64,000 nucleotides of DNA. Source: Mobula hypostoma. Its lineage: Eukaryota. Positions 51,699 through 64,000 of this stretch are shown here, piece after piece (the stretch's first letter is position 1; each line of letters starts with the position of its first letter). The notes under the pieces were generated by a model. It searched no databases and was not told the DNA's origin. It saw only the letters and a program-made list of their open reading frames with translations. The stretch covers positions 9,548,001 through 9,612,000 of the forward strand of contig NC_086098.1 in NCBI RefSeq assembly GCF_963921235.1, given 5' to 3'. The translations under genes and the position numbers were made by a program.

Positions 51699-52489
51699 CA
51701 TGGAGGTGGCACAGAAGTGTGGTGGTTAGCACAATGCTTTACTGTACCAGTGACCTGGGTTCAGTTCCTGGCACAGCCTGCAAGGAGGTTGTACGTTCTC
51801 CCCATGACTGCGTGGGTTTCCTCCGGGTGCTCCAGTTTCCTCCCACAGTCCAAAGGCGTACCAGTTGGTAGGTTAATTGTTCATTGCAAATTGTCTCGTG
51901 ATGAGGCTCAGATTAAATCAGGGATTGCTGGTCAGGAAAGGACCAGAAAGGCCTATTCTCTACCTCAATAAATAAATAAGTAAATAGGTTTTAATACAGA
52001 ATATTCATTTAAAATTGTCTTTTGCAATTCCATGTTGTCATTCAGAATTTAATATGAAATAAATTTTCATTATTTTGATCTCTTATGCATAAACAACACC
52101 CGCTGCTATTCATTGCTGCAGGCTTCCATGGGTTATGAGCTTATTTGCTTATTCATGATCTCATCTGTTTAGCTGGCATTGTGACTTTTGTTCCATAAAG
52201 TTAATTGAATAACTGATCTCCACCAGATAATTTGAATACAAATAATTCTCAACATGAAAGTAATACTAGAATGCTATGCAAAATTCCATTTGTTACCTGT
52301 TACTTTAGAAATGTTATGCTGTCAGAAATATTGATTTAAGGGCTAAAATTCTGGGATTAGTTTGCAATTGATTTGGAGGAAGACATTGCCATTCTATTTT
52401 ATTCTGCCAAGCTCCAAACTGGCTCATAGTCTCCTAAAACGCTTCTTTACGAGCACTCTATCTTATGTATTCTTTCTGGGTTAAGAGTG

Positions 52490-55380
52490 TTGTAACAGCA
52501 AACCTGAAGGCTTTGTGTGTCAATGCAAGGAGCATTCATAACAAGGTGGATGAATTGAATGTGCAGATAGTTATTAATGAATATGATATAGTTGGGATCA
52601 CAGAGACATGGCTCCAGGGTGACCAAGGATGGGAGCTCAACATTCAGGGATATTCAATATTCAGGAGGGACAGACATGAAAGGAAAGGAGGTGGGGTGGC
52701 GTTGCTGGTTAGAGAGCAGATTAATGCAATAGAAAGGAAGGATATTAGCCGGGAGGATGTGGAATCAATATGGGTAGAGCTGCATAACACTAAGGGGCAG
52801 AAAATGCTGGTGGGAGTTGTGTACAGGCCACCTAACAGTAGTAGTGAGGTTGGGGATGGCATTAAACAGGAAATTAGAAATGCGTGCAATAAAGGAACAG
52901 CAGTTATAATGGGTGACTTCAATCTACATATAGATTGGGTGAACCAAATTGGTAAGAATGCTGAGGAAGAGGATTTCTTGGAATGTATGCGGGGTGGTTT
53001 TCTGAACCAACATGTCGAGGAACCAACTAGAGAGCAGGCCATTCTAGACTGGGTATTGAGCAATGAGGAAGGATTAGTTAGCAATCTTGTCTTGCGAAGC
53101 CCCTTAGGTAAGAGTGACCATAATATAGTGGAATTCTTCATTAAGAAGAAGAGTGACATAGTTAATTCAGAAACAAAGGTTCTGAACTTAAAGAAGGGTA
53201 AATTTGAAGGTATGAGACGTGAATTAGCTAAGATAGACTGGCAAATGATACTTAAAGGGTTGGCGGTGGATATGCAATGGCAGCATTTAAAGATTGCATG
53301 GATGAACTACAACAACTATTCATCCCAGTTTGGCAAAAGAGTAAACCAGGGAAGGTAGTGCACCCGTGGCTGATAAGAGAAATTAGGGATAGTATCAATT
53401 CCAAAGAAGAAACATACAAATTAGCCAGAAAAAGCAGCAGACCTGAATTTTGGGAGAAATTCAGAGTCCAGCAGAGGAGGTCAAAGGGCTTAATTAGGAA
53501 AGGGAAAAAAGATTATGAGAGAAAGCTGGCAGGGAACATAAAAACTAACTGTAAAAGCTTTTATAGATATGTAAAAAGAAAAAGATTGGTTAAGACAAAT
53601 GTAGGTCCCTTACAGTCAGAAACAGGTGAATTGATTATGGGGAGCAAGGACATGGCAGACCAATTGAATAACTACTTTAGTTCTGTCTTCACTAAGGAGG
53701 ACATAAATAATCTTCCGGAAATAGTAGAGGACCAAGGATCTAGTGAGATGGTGGAACTGAGAGAAATACATGTTAGTAGGGAAGTGGTGTTAGGTAAATT
53801 GAAGGGATTAAAGGCAGATATATCTCTAGGGCCAGATGGTCTGCATCCCAGAGTGCTTAAGGAAGTAGCCCAAGAAATAGTGGATGCATTAGTGATAATT
53901 TTTCAAGTTTAGTTCCTGAGGATTGGAGGGTGGCTAATGTAACCCCACTTTTTAAAAAAGCAGGGAGAGAGAAGCCAGGGAATTATAGACCGGTTAGCCT
54001 AACATCAGTGGTGGGGAAACTGCTAGAGTCAGTTATCAAAGATGTGATAACAGCACATTTGGAAAGCGGTGAAATCATCGGACAAAGTGAGCATGGATTT
54101 GTGAAAGGAAAATCATGTCTGACGAATCTCATAGAATTTTTTGAGGATGTAACTAGTAGAGTGGATAGGGAAGAACCAATGGATGTGGTATATTTGGATT
54201 TTCAAAAGGCTTTTGACAAGGTCCCACACAGGAGATTAGTGTGCAAACTTAAAGCACACGGTATTGGGGGTATAGTATTGATGTGGATAGAGAATTGGTT
54301 GGCAGACAGGAAGCAAGGAGTGGGAATAAATGGAACCTTTTCAGAATGGCAGGCAGTGACTAGTGGGGTACCGCAAGGCTCAGTGCTGGGACCCCGGTTG
54401 TTTACAATATATATTAATGACTTAGACGAGGGAATTAAATGCAGCATCTCCAAGTTTGCGGATGACATGAAGCTGGGTGGCAGTGTTAGCTGTGAGGAAG
54501 ATGCTAAGAGGATGCAGGATGACTTGGATAGGTTAGGTGAGTGGGAAAATTCATGGCAGATGCAATTTAATGTGGATAAATGTGAGGTTCTCCACTTTGG
54601 TGGCAAAAACAGGAAAACAGATTATTATCAGAATCGTGGCCGATTAGGAAAAGGGGAAATGCAACGAGACCTGGGTGTCATTGTACACCAGTCATTGAAA
54701 GTGGGCATGCAGGTACAGCAGGCGGTGAAAAAGGCGAATGGTATGCTGGCATTTATAGTGAGAGGATTCGAGTACAGGAGCAGGAAGGTACTACTGCAGT
54801 TGTACAAGGCCTTGGTGAGACCACACCTGGAGTATTGTGTGCAGTTTTGGTTCCCTAATCTGAGGAAAGACATTCTTGCCATAGAGGGAGTACTAAGAAG
54901 GTTCGCCAGATTGATTTCTGGGATGGCAGGACTTTCATATGATGAAAGACTGGATCGGCTAGGCTGGAATTTAGAAGATTGAGGGGGGATCTTATTGAAA
55001 GGTATAAAATTCTAAAGGGATTGGACAGGCTAGATGCAGGAAGATTGTTCTCGATGTTCGGGAAGTCCAGAACAAGGGGTCACAGCTTGAGGATAAAGAG
55101 GAAGCATTTTAGGACCGAGATGAGGAAAAAACTTCTTCACACAGAGAGTGGTGAATCTATGGAATTCTCTGCCACAGGAAACAGTTGAGGCCAGTTCATT
55201 GGCTATATTTAAGAGGGAGTTAGATATGGCCCTTGTGGCTAAAGGGATCGGGGGTATGGGGGGAAGGCTGGTACAGGGTTCTAAGTTGGATGATCAGCCA
55301 TGATCATACTGAATGGTTGTGCAGGCTCGAAGGGCTGAATGGCCTACTCCTATTTTCTATGTTTCTATGTTTCTATGTTT
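52490..55380 (+). mobile_element. CR1 LINE with near-complete ORF2 (APE endonuclease + RT), few frameshifts, (CTATGTTT)n tail
   Basis: NARSIHNK, GITETWL, VYRPPNS, MGDFN, SDHN (EN); [35 protein letters not shown] (RT). Confidence 0.96.
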
Positions 55381-56051
55381 ACAGATCATACAATAAAAAC
55401 TGCTGTAGATGGGTAATCAACATAATGCCATTATGGAATTATCTTCTTCAAAGGTTTGAAATTTCATTTTAATATCAGAGAATGTATACAGTATACAACC
55501 TGAAATTCTTGCTCTTCACAAACATCCATGAAACAAGAAACCCCATAGAATGAATGATAGGAACGTTGAAGCCCTCGAAGCCCCCTCCCCCTTTGCACAA
55601 GCAGCAGCAAAACCATTGACCCCCCCGCCCGCTTGTGCTAACAGAAGCACCGAACCCCCCAAACCCCCCAACGAGACCCCAATCTAAAGTCCATTAAAAC
55701 TACAGTCTATAACCCAGCACTTTGGTATCTCAGAGCAGCACTCTCACTCCATTGAGGGAGAGAGTGGTTACTCCTGCAAGAATGCTTCTCTAAGCCTCCA
55801 GTCTCGAGGACTGACAGGATCTCACACTCCATCAAAGAAGAGAGAGAGGGATTACTCAAGTGTTTGTATTTGTGTACAAAAAATACATTTACAGTCCATT
55901 TCTACAAAACAGAGTATTTTGTAAAATATAATCTGTATCTGAAAGAGTTCCATTGGATTCCCTCCCCTCTTCTCCTTCCTCCCTGTAGCTCTGCAACCTA
56001 TTCTCTCTTATGACTACTTTGCCACATATTTACACTAAAGAGCAAGTTATA

Positions 56052-56370
56052 GACCATAGGATCATAAGATTTAGGAGCAGAATTAGGCCATTTGGCCCAT
56101 CAAGTCTGCTCCACTATTTCATCATGGTTGATCCATTTCCCTCTCAACCCCAATTTCCAGCTTTCTCCCCCTATCCCTTCATGCTCTGATTAATCAAGAA
56201 TCATATCATCAACCTCTGCCTTAAATATACCCCATGACTTGACTCCACTGCCATCTGTGGCAACGAATTCCGGCTAAAGAAATTCCTCCTCATCTCCATT
56301 CTAAGTGGACAAGGCCATGACCTGGACACCCCCACCATGGGAAACATCTTCTCCTCATCTACTCTATCGG
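56052..56370 (-). mobile_element. CR1 3' end
   Basis: ggagcagaattaggccatttggcccat 3'UTR, as in other copies. Confidence 0.8.
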
Positions 56371-56649
56371 AACCATGTTATAGTTGATATTTGACAATAC
56401 AAAAAGGCTCGTCTGCTGAGTTCCGCCTGCATCTTGTGTGTGTTGCATGGCAGCGTCTCTACTTTCTTAGAAACTTTGTAAGTTCGGCATGCCATCTAAA
56501 ACTTCTATAGATACAAATAGAGAGTATCCTGACTGGTTGCATCATGGCCTGCTATGGAAAACCAATGCCCAGGAATGAAAGTAGTGGATACTGCCCTGTC
56601 CATCACAGGAAAAGCCCTTCCCACCAATGAGCGCATCTACATGGAATAT

Positions 56650-57049
56650 TATCACTCAAAGAGTTGAACTGAACATGCATGTAATGAGAGCGTCTTGGAC
56701 CTCCAGGTGGCCCACAGCAGGGGTGATTGATAAGTTCGTGGCCTAAGGTAGAAGGAGATGAGTTATACAGCTCTCGTTACATGCACATGCAATTCAATGC
56801 TTTGAGTGAAACTGCAGAAAGTTTGAAGTTAATAACTCATCTCCTTCTACCTTAGGCCACAAACTTATCAATCACCCCTCCCGTGGACTCACTTCTAGAG
56901 ATCCAAGACGCCGACTTCTACAAAGAAGGGATCCGTATGCTCCACAACCGCTGGACTAAGCGTGTAAATGTAGGAAAAATAAATGTGCTAGGTTTCCTAA
57001 AATTGACGTCGTCTACCTTAGGCCACAAACTTATCAATCACCCCTCATA
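56650..57049 (+). mobile_element. Non-autonomous mariner remnant with internal foldback
   Basis: Transposase C-terminus FYKEGIRMLHNRWTKRVNVG; TIR-like ttatcaatcacccctca-TA; three TIR copies. Confidence 0.8.
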
Positions 57050-57461
57050 CATACTTCGAAAATAAATTTAACTTGACTTTGAAATTTACTTTGACAATTA
57101 GTCTACCAGCATGGAAGAATAGTGGAAGACTTGGGGGAAGAGGTCAATGCCGCCATAAGGAAACTATGCAAATTCCACACAGGGAATGCCAATGTCAGGA
57201 CCAAACAAAGACTCCTGGCGTTGTGAAGGATCAGCACTGACCACCACTGTGCATTTATGCATCATTGCAAAATTAATTATCATTACACACATCTTACACT
57301 GATAAGTGATGTTGAATTTCTCTCCCCGGTGTTTGGTAAAGTGAACTTCAAATGAAAGATATTTCAGTAGTCTTACTGGAATGAGTGGGTGTATGGGTGA
57401 ACTTTGTGAGTTGAGACTGAAGGCTCAACCAGCGTGGAGAATAATCATAATGACAGAATCC

Positions 57462-59785
57462 TAGTCATAGAGTCATAGAAGACTACAGCACAGAATCAGG
57501 CTCTTCTGGCTATCCAGTCTCTGCTGGACCCAGGTCCTTCAACTTGCACCTAGACCATAGCTCTTTATTCCCCTCCTATCTATGTACCTAACCAAATGTA
57601 CCTTAAAGATTGAAATCTGCCCCGCATTCACCACTTGCACTGGCAATTCATTCCGCACAATCACCACCCTCTGATTGAAGAGTTCCTCCTCATGTTCCCC
57701 TTAAATATTTCAACTTAGGGAAAAAAGTCCTCGCCTACTGAACCTTTCCCAATACCTCAGGTGCTCCTGTCCTGGCAACATTCTTGTCAATTTTCTCTGC
57801 ATTCTTCCAGTTTTATTCACATCTTTCCTGTTGAACTGTAGGTGACCAAAACTGGACACAATGCTCCAAATTTGGCCCTACCAATATCTTATACAATTTC
57901 AGCATAACATCCCAACTGCTGTACTCAATACATTGATATAACTATAGCACTGAAATAGGCCCTTCAGCCCATCTAGTCTGTGCTGAACCATTAATCTGCC
58001 TATTTCCTTCAACTTGCACCCAGACCATAGCCTTTCAAACCTCTCTGAGCCATGTACCTAACCAAGTGATCCCTACCGCTCACTGCGTACCCTGGTTAGT
58101 CCTCCCAAAGTGCAACACCTCAAACACCTCACATTGAAGTTCCATCTGCCATTTTTCTGTCCATTTTTCCTGCTGCTCCAGATTCTGCTGCAAGCTTTGA
58201 TAGTCTTCCTCACTGTCCACCGCACCCACAATCTTTGTGTCATCCACAAATTCGCTGATTCAGTTTACCACATTATCATCCAGATCATTGATATAGATGA
58301 CAAACAGCAACAGACCCAGCACTGATCCCTGTGGCACCCCACTAGTCACAGGCCTCCAGTCAGAGAAGCAACTCTCTACTACCACTCCCTGGCTTCTTCC
58401 ACAAAACCAATCTCTAATCCAATTTACTACCTCATCTTGAATGCCGAGCTGCTGAACCTTTTGACCAAACTCCCATAAGGGACCCTGTCAACTGCCTTGC
58501 TAAAGTCCATGTAGGCAACATCCACTGCCTTGCCTTTATCAAATTTCCGGGTAATTCCTTGAAAAACTCTCTAAGATTGATTAGACATGTCTTACCATGC
58601 ACAAAGCCATGATGTCAATCCTTCATCAGTCCATGTCTATCCAAATACTTAGATATTCAGTTCCCCCTTAGAATACCTTCCAATAACTTTCCCACTATTG
58701 ATGTCTGGCTCATCAGCCTATAAATTCCTGTCTTATTCTTAAAGACGTTCTTAAACAACAGAACAACATTAGCTATCCTCAATTGTCTGTGGCTAAGTCT
58801 GTAAATAATTTTTCTGCCAGGGTCCCTGCAATTTCTGCACTACCCTCCCACAGGATCTGAGAACACCTTGTTAGGCCCTGATTTGCCTCAGGACTGCAAA
58901 GACCTCCTCCTCAGCAACCTGTATTGTGTCCCTGACCTCACAGCTGCACTGCCTCACCTCTATAGACTCAGTGTCCATCTCCTAAGTAAATAGAGATGCA
59001 AAAAAATCCATTTAAGATCTCCCCCATCTCTTTCAGCTCCACACATACATTACTATTTGAAGGCCTTCTACTTATCAAGTACACATTTGCTAGAAACAGC
59101 CTGTCCATTTCACACTTTTCAGATCCTTCTGATACTATCAAAATTAACCTTCTTCCATTTTAAAATCTTAACCCGAGGACCAGACCTATCCTTTTCCATA
59201 ATTACTTTTAAACTAATGGCATTATGATCACTAGATGCAACGAATTTCCTTATATAAACTTCTGTCACCTCCTTAATAGGAGATCCAGTATTACACACAT
59301 TCTAGTTGGGAATTCTATGTACTAATTAAGGAAACTTTTCAGAACACATTCAACAAACTCTTTCCCATCCAGCCCTTTTACAGTATGGGAGTCCCAGTCA
59401 ATATGTGGAAAGTTAAAATCACCTAATATCACAACCTTATGTTTTTTGTAACAGTCTGCGATCTCTCTACAAATTCACTACCCCTAAATCCCGTGGACTG
59501 TTAGGTGGTCTATAATATAATCTGATTAATGTGGTCATACCTTTCTTATTCCTCAGTTCTACCCATAAGGCCTCATTAGAAGAGCTCTCCTGTCTGACCT
59601 GACTGAGCACCGTTGTGATATTTCCCCCCATTAATGCCACAGCTCCTCCTTTAAATCCTCCCACTCTATCACATTTAAAATAAGCCTGGAACCCCGGACT
59701 GCTGTGCTGCCAGTCCTGTCTCTCCTGCAACCAATTCTCACTAATGACTACAGTGTCTTAATTCCACATTATGCAAACCAAGTCT
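57462..59785 (-). mobile_element. Old, deleted CR1 LINE fragments
   Basis: LWVELRNKKG..YYRPPNS; gatccctgtggcacccc; (gtcataga)n tail. Confidence 0.82.
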
Positions 59786-60744
59786 GCTTGGGAACTGTGG
59801 TGTGCCAAAAGTGCTGACTGCCCCCTCTTGCTTCTTTTAAACTCTCCCTCTACGCAATCCAATGTCTCCTTGAGAACTGCAGCATGTAAGAAGTGCCAAC
59901 TGCCCCCCCCCCCCCCACCGCTTCATTTAAGCGCTCTCTCTCACTATGCAACCCAATGTCCCCTCCGGAAATGCGCAAATCTGCAGAAATTATTATGTTC
60001 AATCATGGAGTCATAGAACACTACAACACAAAACCAGGCTCTTTGGCCCATCTAGTCCATGCCAAATTATTAATCTGCCTACTCCCGTTGACCTACACCC
60101 ACACCATAGCCCTCTATTCCCCTACCATCCATGTACCTATCCAAATTTCTCTTAACTGTTGAAACTGACCCGGCATCCATCACTTCAGTTGGCAATTTGT
60201 TCCACACTCTCGTTACCCTCTGAGTGGAGAAATTCCTCCTCATGTTCCCCTTAAACAGTTCACCTCTCAAACTCCATATTTAAAAAAAATTATTATCAAA
60301 GTGCATATATGTCATCATACACAACCCTGAGGTTCATTTTTTGGAGGCATACTCAATAAATCCAAGAAATTCTGTAGAATCACTGAAAAAGTGCACCCTA
60401 CAGGACAGACAAACAATCAATGTGCAAAAGACAACAAAGTGCAAACACAAAAGAGAAAAAATAATAATAATAATTAGTAAGTAGGTAATAAATATCGAGA
60501 ACATGAGCTGAAGCATCTTCGAAAGTGAGTCCATTGGTTGTGAGAACAGTTCAGCGACGGACGAGTGAAGCGGAGTGAAGTTCTCCCCTTTGGTTAAAGA
60601 GCCTGATAGTTGAGTGGTAATAACTGTTCCTGAACCCGGTGGAGTGAGTCCTGAGGCTCCTGTACTTCCTTCCTGATGGCAGAAGTGAGAAGAAAGCATG
60701 TCCGGGATGCTGGATATCTCCACCACACATCTGTCGAAGATTGT

Positions 60745-61520
60745 CATGTTTTGCAAGTGGCCGAAGTGCTACAACTAGCCATTCACCTCCTCCCTCACCT
60801 CCATTCAAGTCCTCAAACAGTCCTTCCAGATGAGGGAACACTTCACCTGTGAATCTGCTGGGGTCGTCTATTTCGTCTAGTGCTTCCAATGCGGCCTTCT
60901 CTACACTGGTGAGACCTATCATAAATCGGGAGACTGCTTCTTTGAGAACCTCCGCTCCAAATGCCAGAAGCAGAACTTCCTGGTGGCCAAATATTTTAAT
61001 CCTCATTCCCCTGCTCATTCCGACATGCCGGTCCACGGCTTTCTCTTATGCTAAGGTGAGGTCACCCTCCGGGGGGAGAAGCAGCAGCTTATATTCCGAT
61101 TAAGTAGCCTCAAACATGATGGCATGAATATTGATTTCTCCTTCCCGTAAAAAAAAAATTTCCTCCCCCTCCTCTCTTCTTCTATTCTCTAGTCTGGCTG
61201 CTTACCTCTCCTCACCTGATCACCTCCCCCTGGATCTCCTCCTCCTTCCCTTTCTCCTGTAGTCCAATCTTCTCAGATTCCTTCTTCTCCAGCCCCTGAT
61301 TTTTCCTACCCACAGCTTCACCTATCACTTTCTAGCTATCCTCCTCCCCCCCCCCACCCTTTTACTCTGGCCTCTTCCCCCTTCCTTTCCAGTCCTGATG
61401 AAGGAACTTGGCCCGAAACCTCAACTGTTTACTTGTTTCCATAGATACTGCCTGACCTGCTGAGTTCCTCCAGCATTTTGTATGTGTTGCTTTGGATCTC
61501 CAGCATCTGTAGACTTCCTT
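60745..61520 (+). mobile_element. Penelope-like element 3' portion: GIY-YIG endonuclease remnant and terminal repeat
   Basis: QSFQMREHFTCESAGVVYFV*CFQCGLLYTGET, then a pyrimidine-rich UTR and the ctccagcattttg end. Confidence 0.85.
61390..61427 (+). ncRNA. Minimal type I hammerhead ribozyme motif (Penelope pLTR)
   Basis: CAGUC-CUGAUGA-A-GG..CC-GAAA-CC-UC-AACUG; CAGU/ACUG forms stem I. Confidence 0.65.
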
Positions 61521-61524
61521 CTGT

Positions 61525-62225
61525 AAAAGTTTTAGATGACACACTGAGGAATTTTGAGTTGCTGACTCTCCCCAGTTGAGATCTCACAACGTGGATTGGC
61601 TCATGGACCTTTGCTTTCCTTCTCCAGCTTCTTGGTCTTGTTTGACATTGTGTGAGAGCTTGTTGTTGTGGCACCACTCAGCCAGATTTTCAATCTCCCT
61701 CCTATGTGCTAACTCATTACCATATTTGATCTGACCACTGACAGCGGTGTCACCATCAAACATAAATATGGCTTTGGAGCTGTGCTTAGCCTCACTGCCA
61801 TATGTACGAAGTGGCTAGAGCAGGGGGCTAAGCACGCAGCCTTGTAGTGCACCCGTGCTGATGGAGATTGTGGAGGAGATGCAGCCAGTCTGAACTCCGC
61901 AAGTGAGGAAATTGAGGACCCCATTGCACAAGGATGTATTGTGGCCAAGGTCTTGAAGCTTACTGATATGTTTTGAAGGGGTGATGGTACTGAATACTGC
62001 GCTGTAATTGATAAAGAGCATCCTGATGTATGCATCTTCGCTGTCCAGATGTTCCTGGGTTGAGTGAAGAGCCAAAGAAATAGCATCTGCTGCAGACCTG
62101 TTAGGCCAGTAGGCAGAATGGAACAGATTCAAGTCGCTTTTCAACTAGGAGTTGATCTTGTTTCACCACCAGCCTCTTAAAATGCCCCATCACTATGATG
62201 TATGTGCTACTGTACGATAGTCATT
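61525..62225 (-). mobile_element. Rex1/Babar-type LINE RT fragment
   Basis: AY.PNRSAADAISLALH..EHLD..YIRMLFINYS..STGALQGCVLSPLL. Confidence 0.88.
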
Positions 62226-62253
62226 CACCCTTGTAGATGTGCTCAGTGGTTGG

Positions 62254-63035
62254 ACCATAAGACTATAAGACATAGGAGCAGAATTAGGCCATTCAGCCCA
62301 TCAAGTCTGCTCCACCATTCCATCATGGCTGAACCTGGATTCCACTCAAGGCTTTCTCGCCATATCCTTTGATGCCCTGACCGATCAGGAAACAATCAAC
62401 TTCCGCCTTAAGTATACGCACGGACTTGGCCTCTGCCGCAGTCTGTGGCAGAGCATTCCACAGATTCACTGCACGCTGGCTAAAAAAAATCCCTCCTTAA
62501 CTCTGTTCCAAAAGGTTGCCCCTCAATCTTGAGGTTGTGACCTCTAGTTCTGGATAACCCCATCAAGGAAACATCCTCTCCACATCTGCCCTATGTAGTT
62601 CTTTCAATATTTGGTAGGTTTCAATGAGATCCCCACACATTCTGCTGAATTCCAGGGAGTACAGGCTCAAAGTTGCCAAATGCTCCTCATATGTTAACCC
62701 CTTCATTCCCAGAATGATCCTTGTGAACCTCCTCTGGACTCTCTCCAATGACAACACATCCTTTCTGAGATATGGGGCTCAAAACTGTTGACAATACTCC
62801 AAGTGCAGCCTGACCTGTGTCTTATAAAGGCTCAGCATTATCTCCTTGCTTTTATATTCTATTCCACTTAAAATAAATGTCAACATTGCATTTGCCTTCT
62901 TTACCACAGACTCAATATGTAAATTAACCTTCTGGCAGTCTTGCACGAGGACTCCTAAGTCACTCTGCAGCCCTGATGCTTGAACCTTCTCCCCATTTCG
63001 ATAATAGTCTGCACTATTGTTCCATTTACCAAATT
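62254..63035 (-). mobile_element. CR1 3' portion
   Basis: LERVQRRFTRII..GDLIETY; tail cataaga repeats. Confidence 0.9.
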
Positions 63036-63684
63036 GACCCTTTAATCCATGACCCTGGTTCTAGTCTCACCCACCTCAGTGGAAGAAGCTTGCTTGCATT
63101 TACTCTGTCTATACCCCTCATAATTTTGTATACTTCTATTAAATCTCTCATTTAATTGTCCAAAAAGTTAAAGATGGTGATATGCTTATCTGACTAGCAA
63201 ATTGCTTATTCTCACAATGTTTCATTGCACCTGCCTAATCAATATACATTCCATGGTTAAACATATCTGCATAATATATACTTTGTCATTAAACCAATTT
63301 TCCACTTATGCAAATATTCAAATTGCAATCCTAACAGCAGTCCTAATGCAACCATTAAACAATACAGTCCTCATCTTCCATGTCACTTTTAATCAAGTAT
63401 AAAATAAAATGATTTGTTTGCTATTTACATTGAAAAGTGATACCTACAAACTTATTCACCAATTAGCATACCATAAACACCGGGGGTGTGGGGTTTTAAT
63501 GTATAAGGGAGTTTGTATTTGGTAGTGGGTAGTGAGTTAATACAGAGAAATTGTCATTACATTGGTAAGCTAACTCCATCTGCAATTTTTGTAGCATGGA
63601 GGTAATTCCTTTCGGATATGTTTTGTTACCAGTTTCAGTATGTTAGTCATACTATTACTTCCATGCAATTTGACTAAACACAAA

Positions 63685-63752
63685 GTGACCACTTTAATTA
63701 GATACACCAGTACACCTACTCGTTAATACAAATATTTAATCAGCCCATTATG
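63685..63752 (+). mobile_element. Possible Tc1-like TIR fragment
   Basis: agtgaccactttaattagatacacc resembles the recalled Tc1 end cagtggccactttattaggtacacc. Confidence 0.45.
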
Positions 63753-64000
63753 TTCAAAGTTCAAACTAAATTTGTTATCAAAGTACATATATGTAACCAT
63801 ACACCACACTGAGACTGAATTTCTTGTGGGCATTCACAGTATATGTAAATAAGCACCATAGAAACAATGAAAAACCACACATAACAAAGACGGACAAATA
63901 ACCAATGTGCAAAAGGCAACAACCTGTGCAAGTACAAAACAGAAAAAAACCAAAATAATAATAATAAATAAATAAATATTGAAAACGTGAGTTGTCGAGT

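Overview
Eukaryotic, repeat-dominated vertebrate DNA. The repeat set (CR1 LINEs with 8-mer microsatellite tails, HE1-like V-SINEs, Penelope, Rex1/Babar) suggests a cartilaginous fish, probably a ray (inference). The only host gene I can support is the 5' half of a CIB4-like calcium- and integrin-binding protein gene on the minus strand, which the ORF track misses. Its three small coding exons are 31252-31193, 18204-18170 and 2555-2459. They splice in phase to MGQSASSDKRFSREELWEYQ-ALTFLTRKEIQR-IHKAFLHLTKGSTDNEEPVLTSEQVSNIPALR, and the gene continues left of the window. Nearly all listed ORFs are transposon fragments or spurious. Notable non-coding structure: a ~50-copy 53-bp tandem array grown from a SINE inside a nested SINE/SINE/CR1 stack, hammerhead-ribozyme cores in Penelope terminal repeats, two solo LTRs with exact target-site duplications, a complete Harbinger-type MITE, a mariner foldback remnant, a Gypsy relic and a GC-rich minisatellite just upstream of the CIB4 start codon. 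I see no evidence of a wholly new biological system. Boundaries of degenerate repeats are approximate, and family names come from recalled motifs, not database searches.
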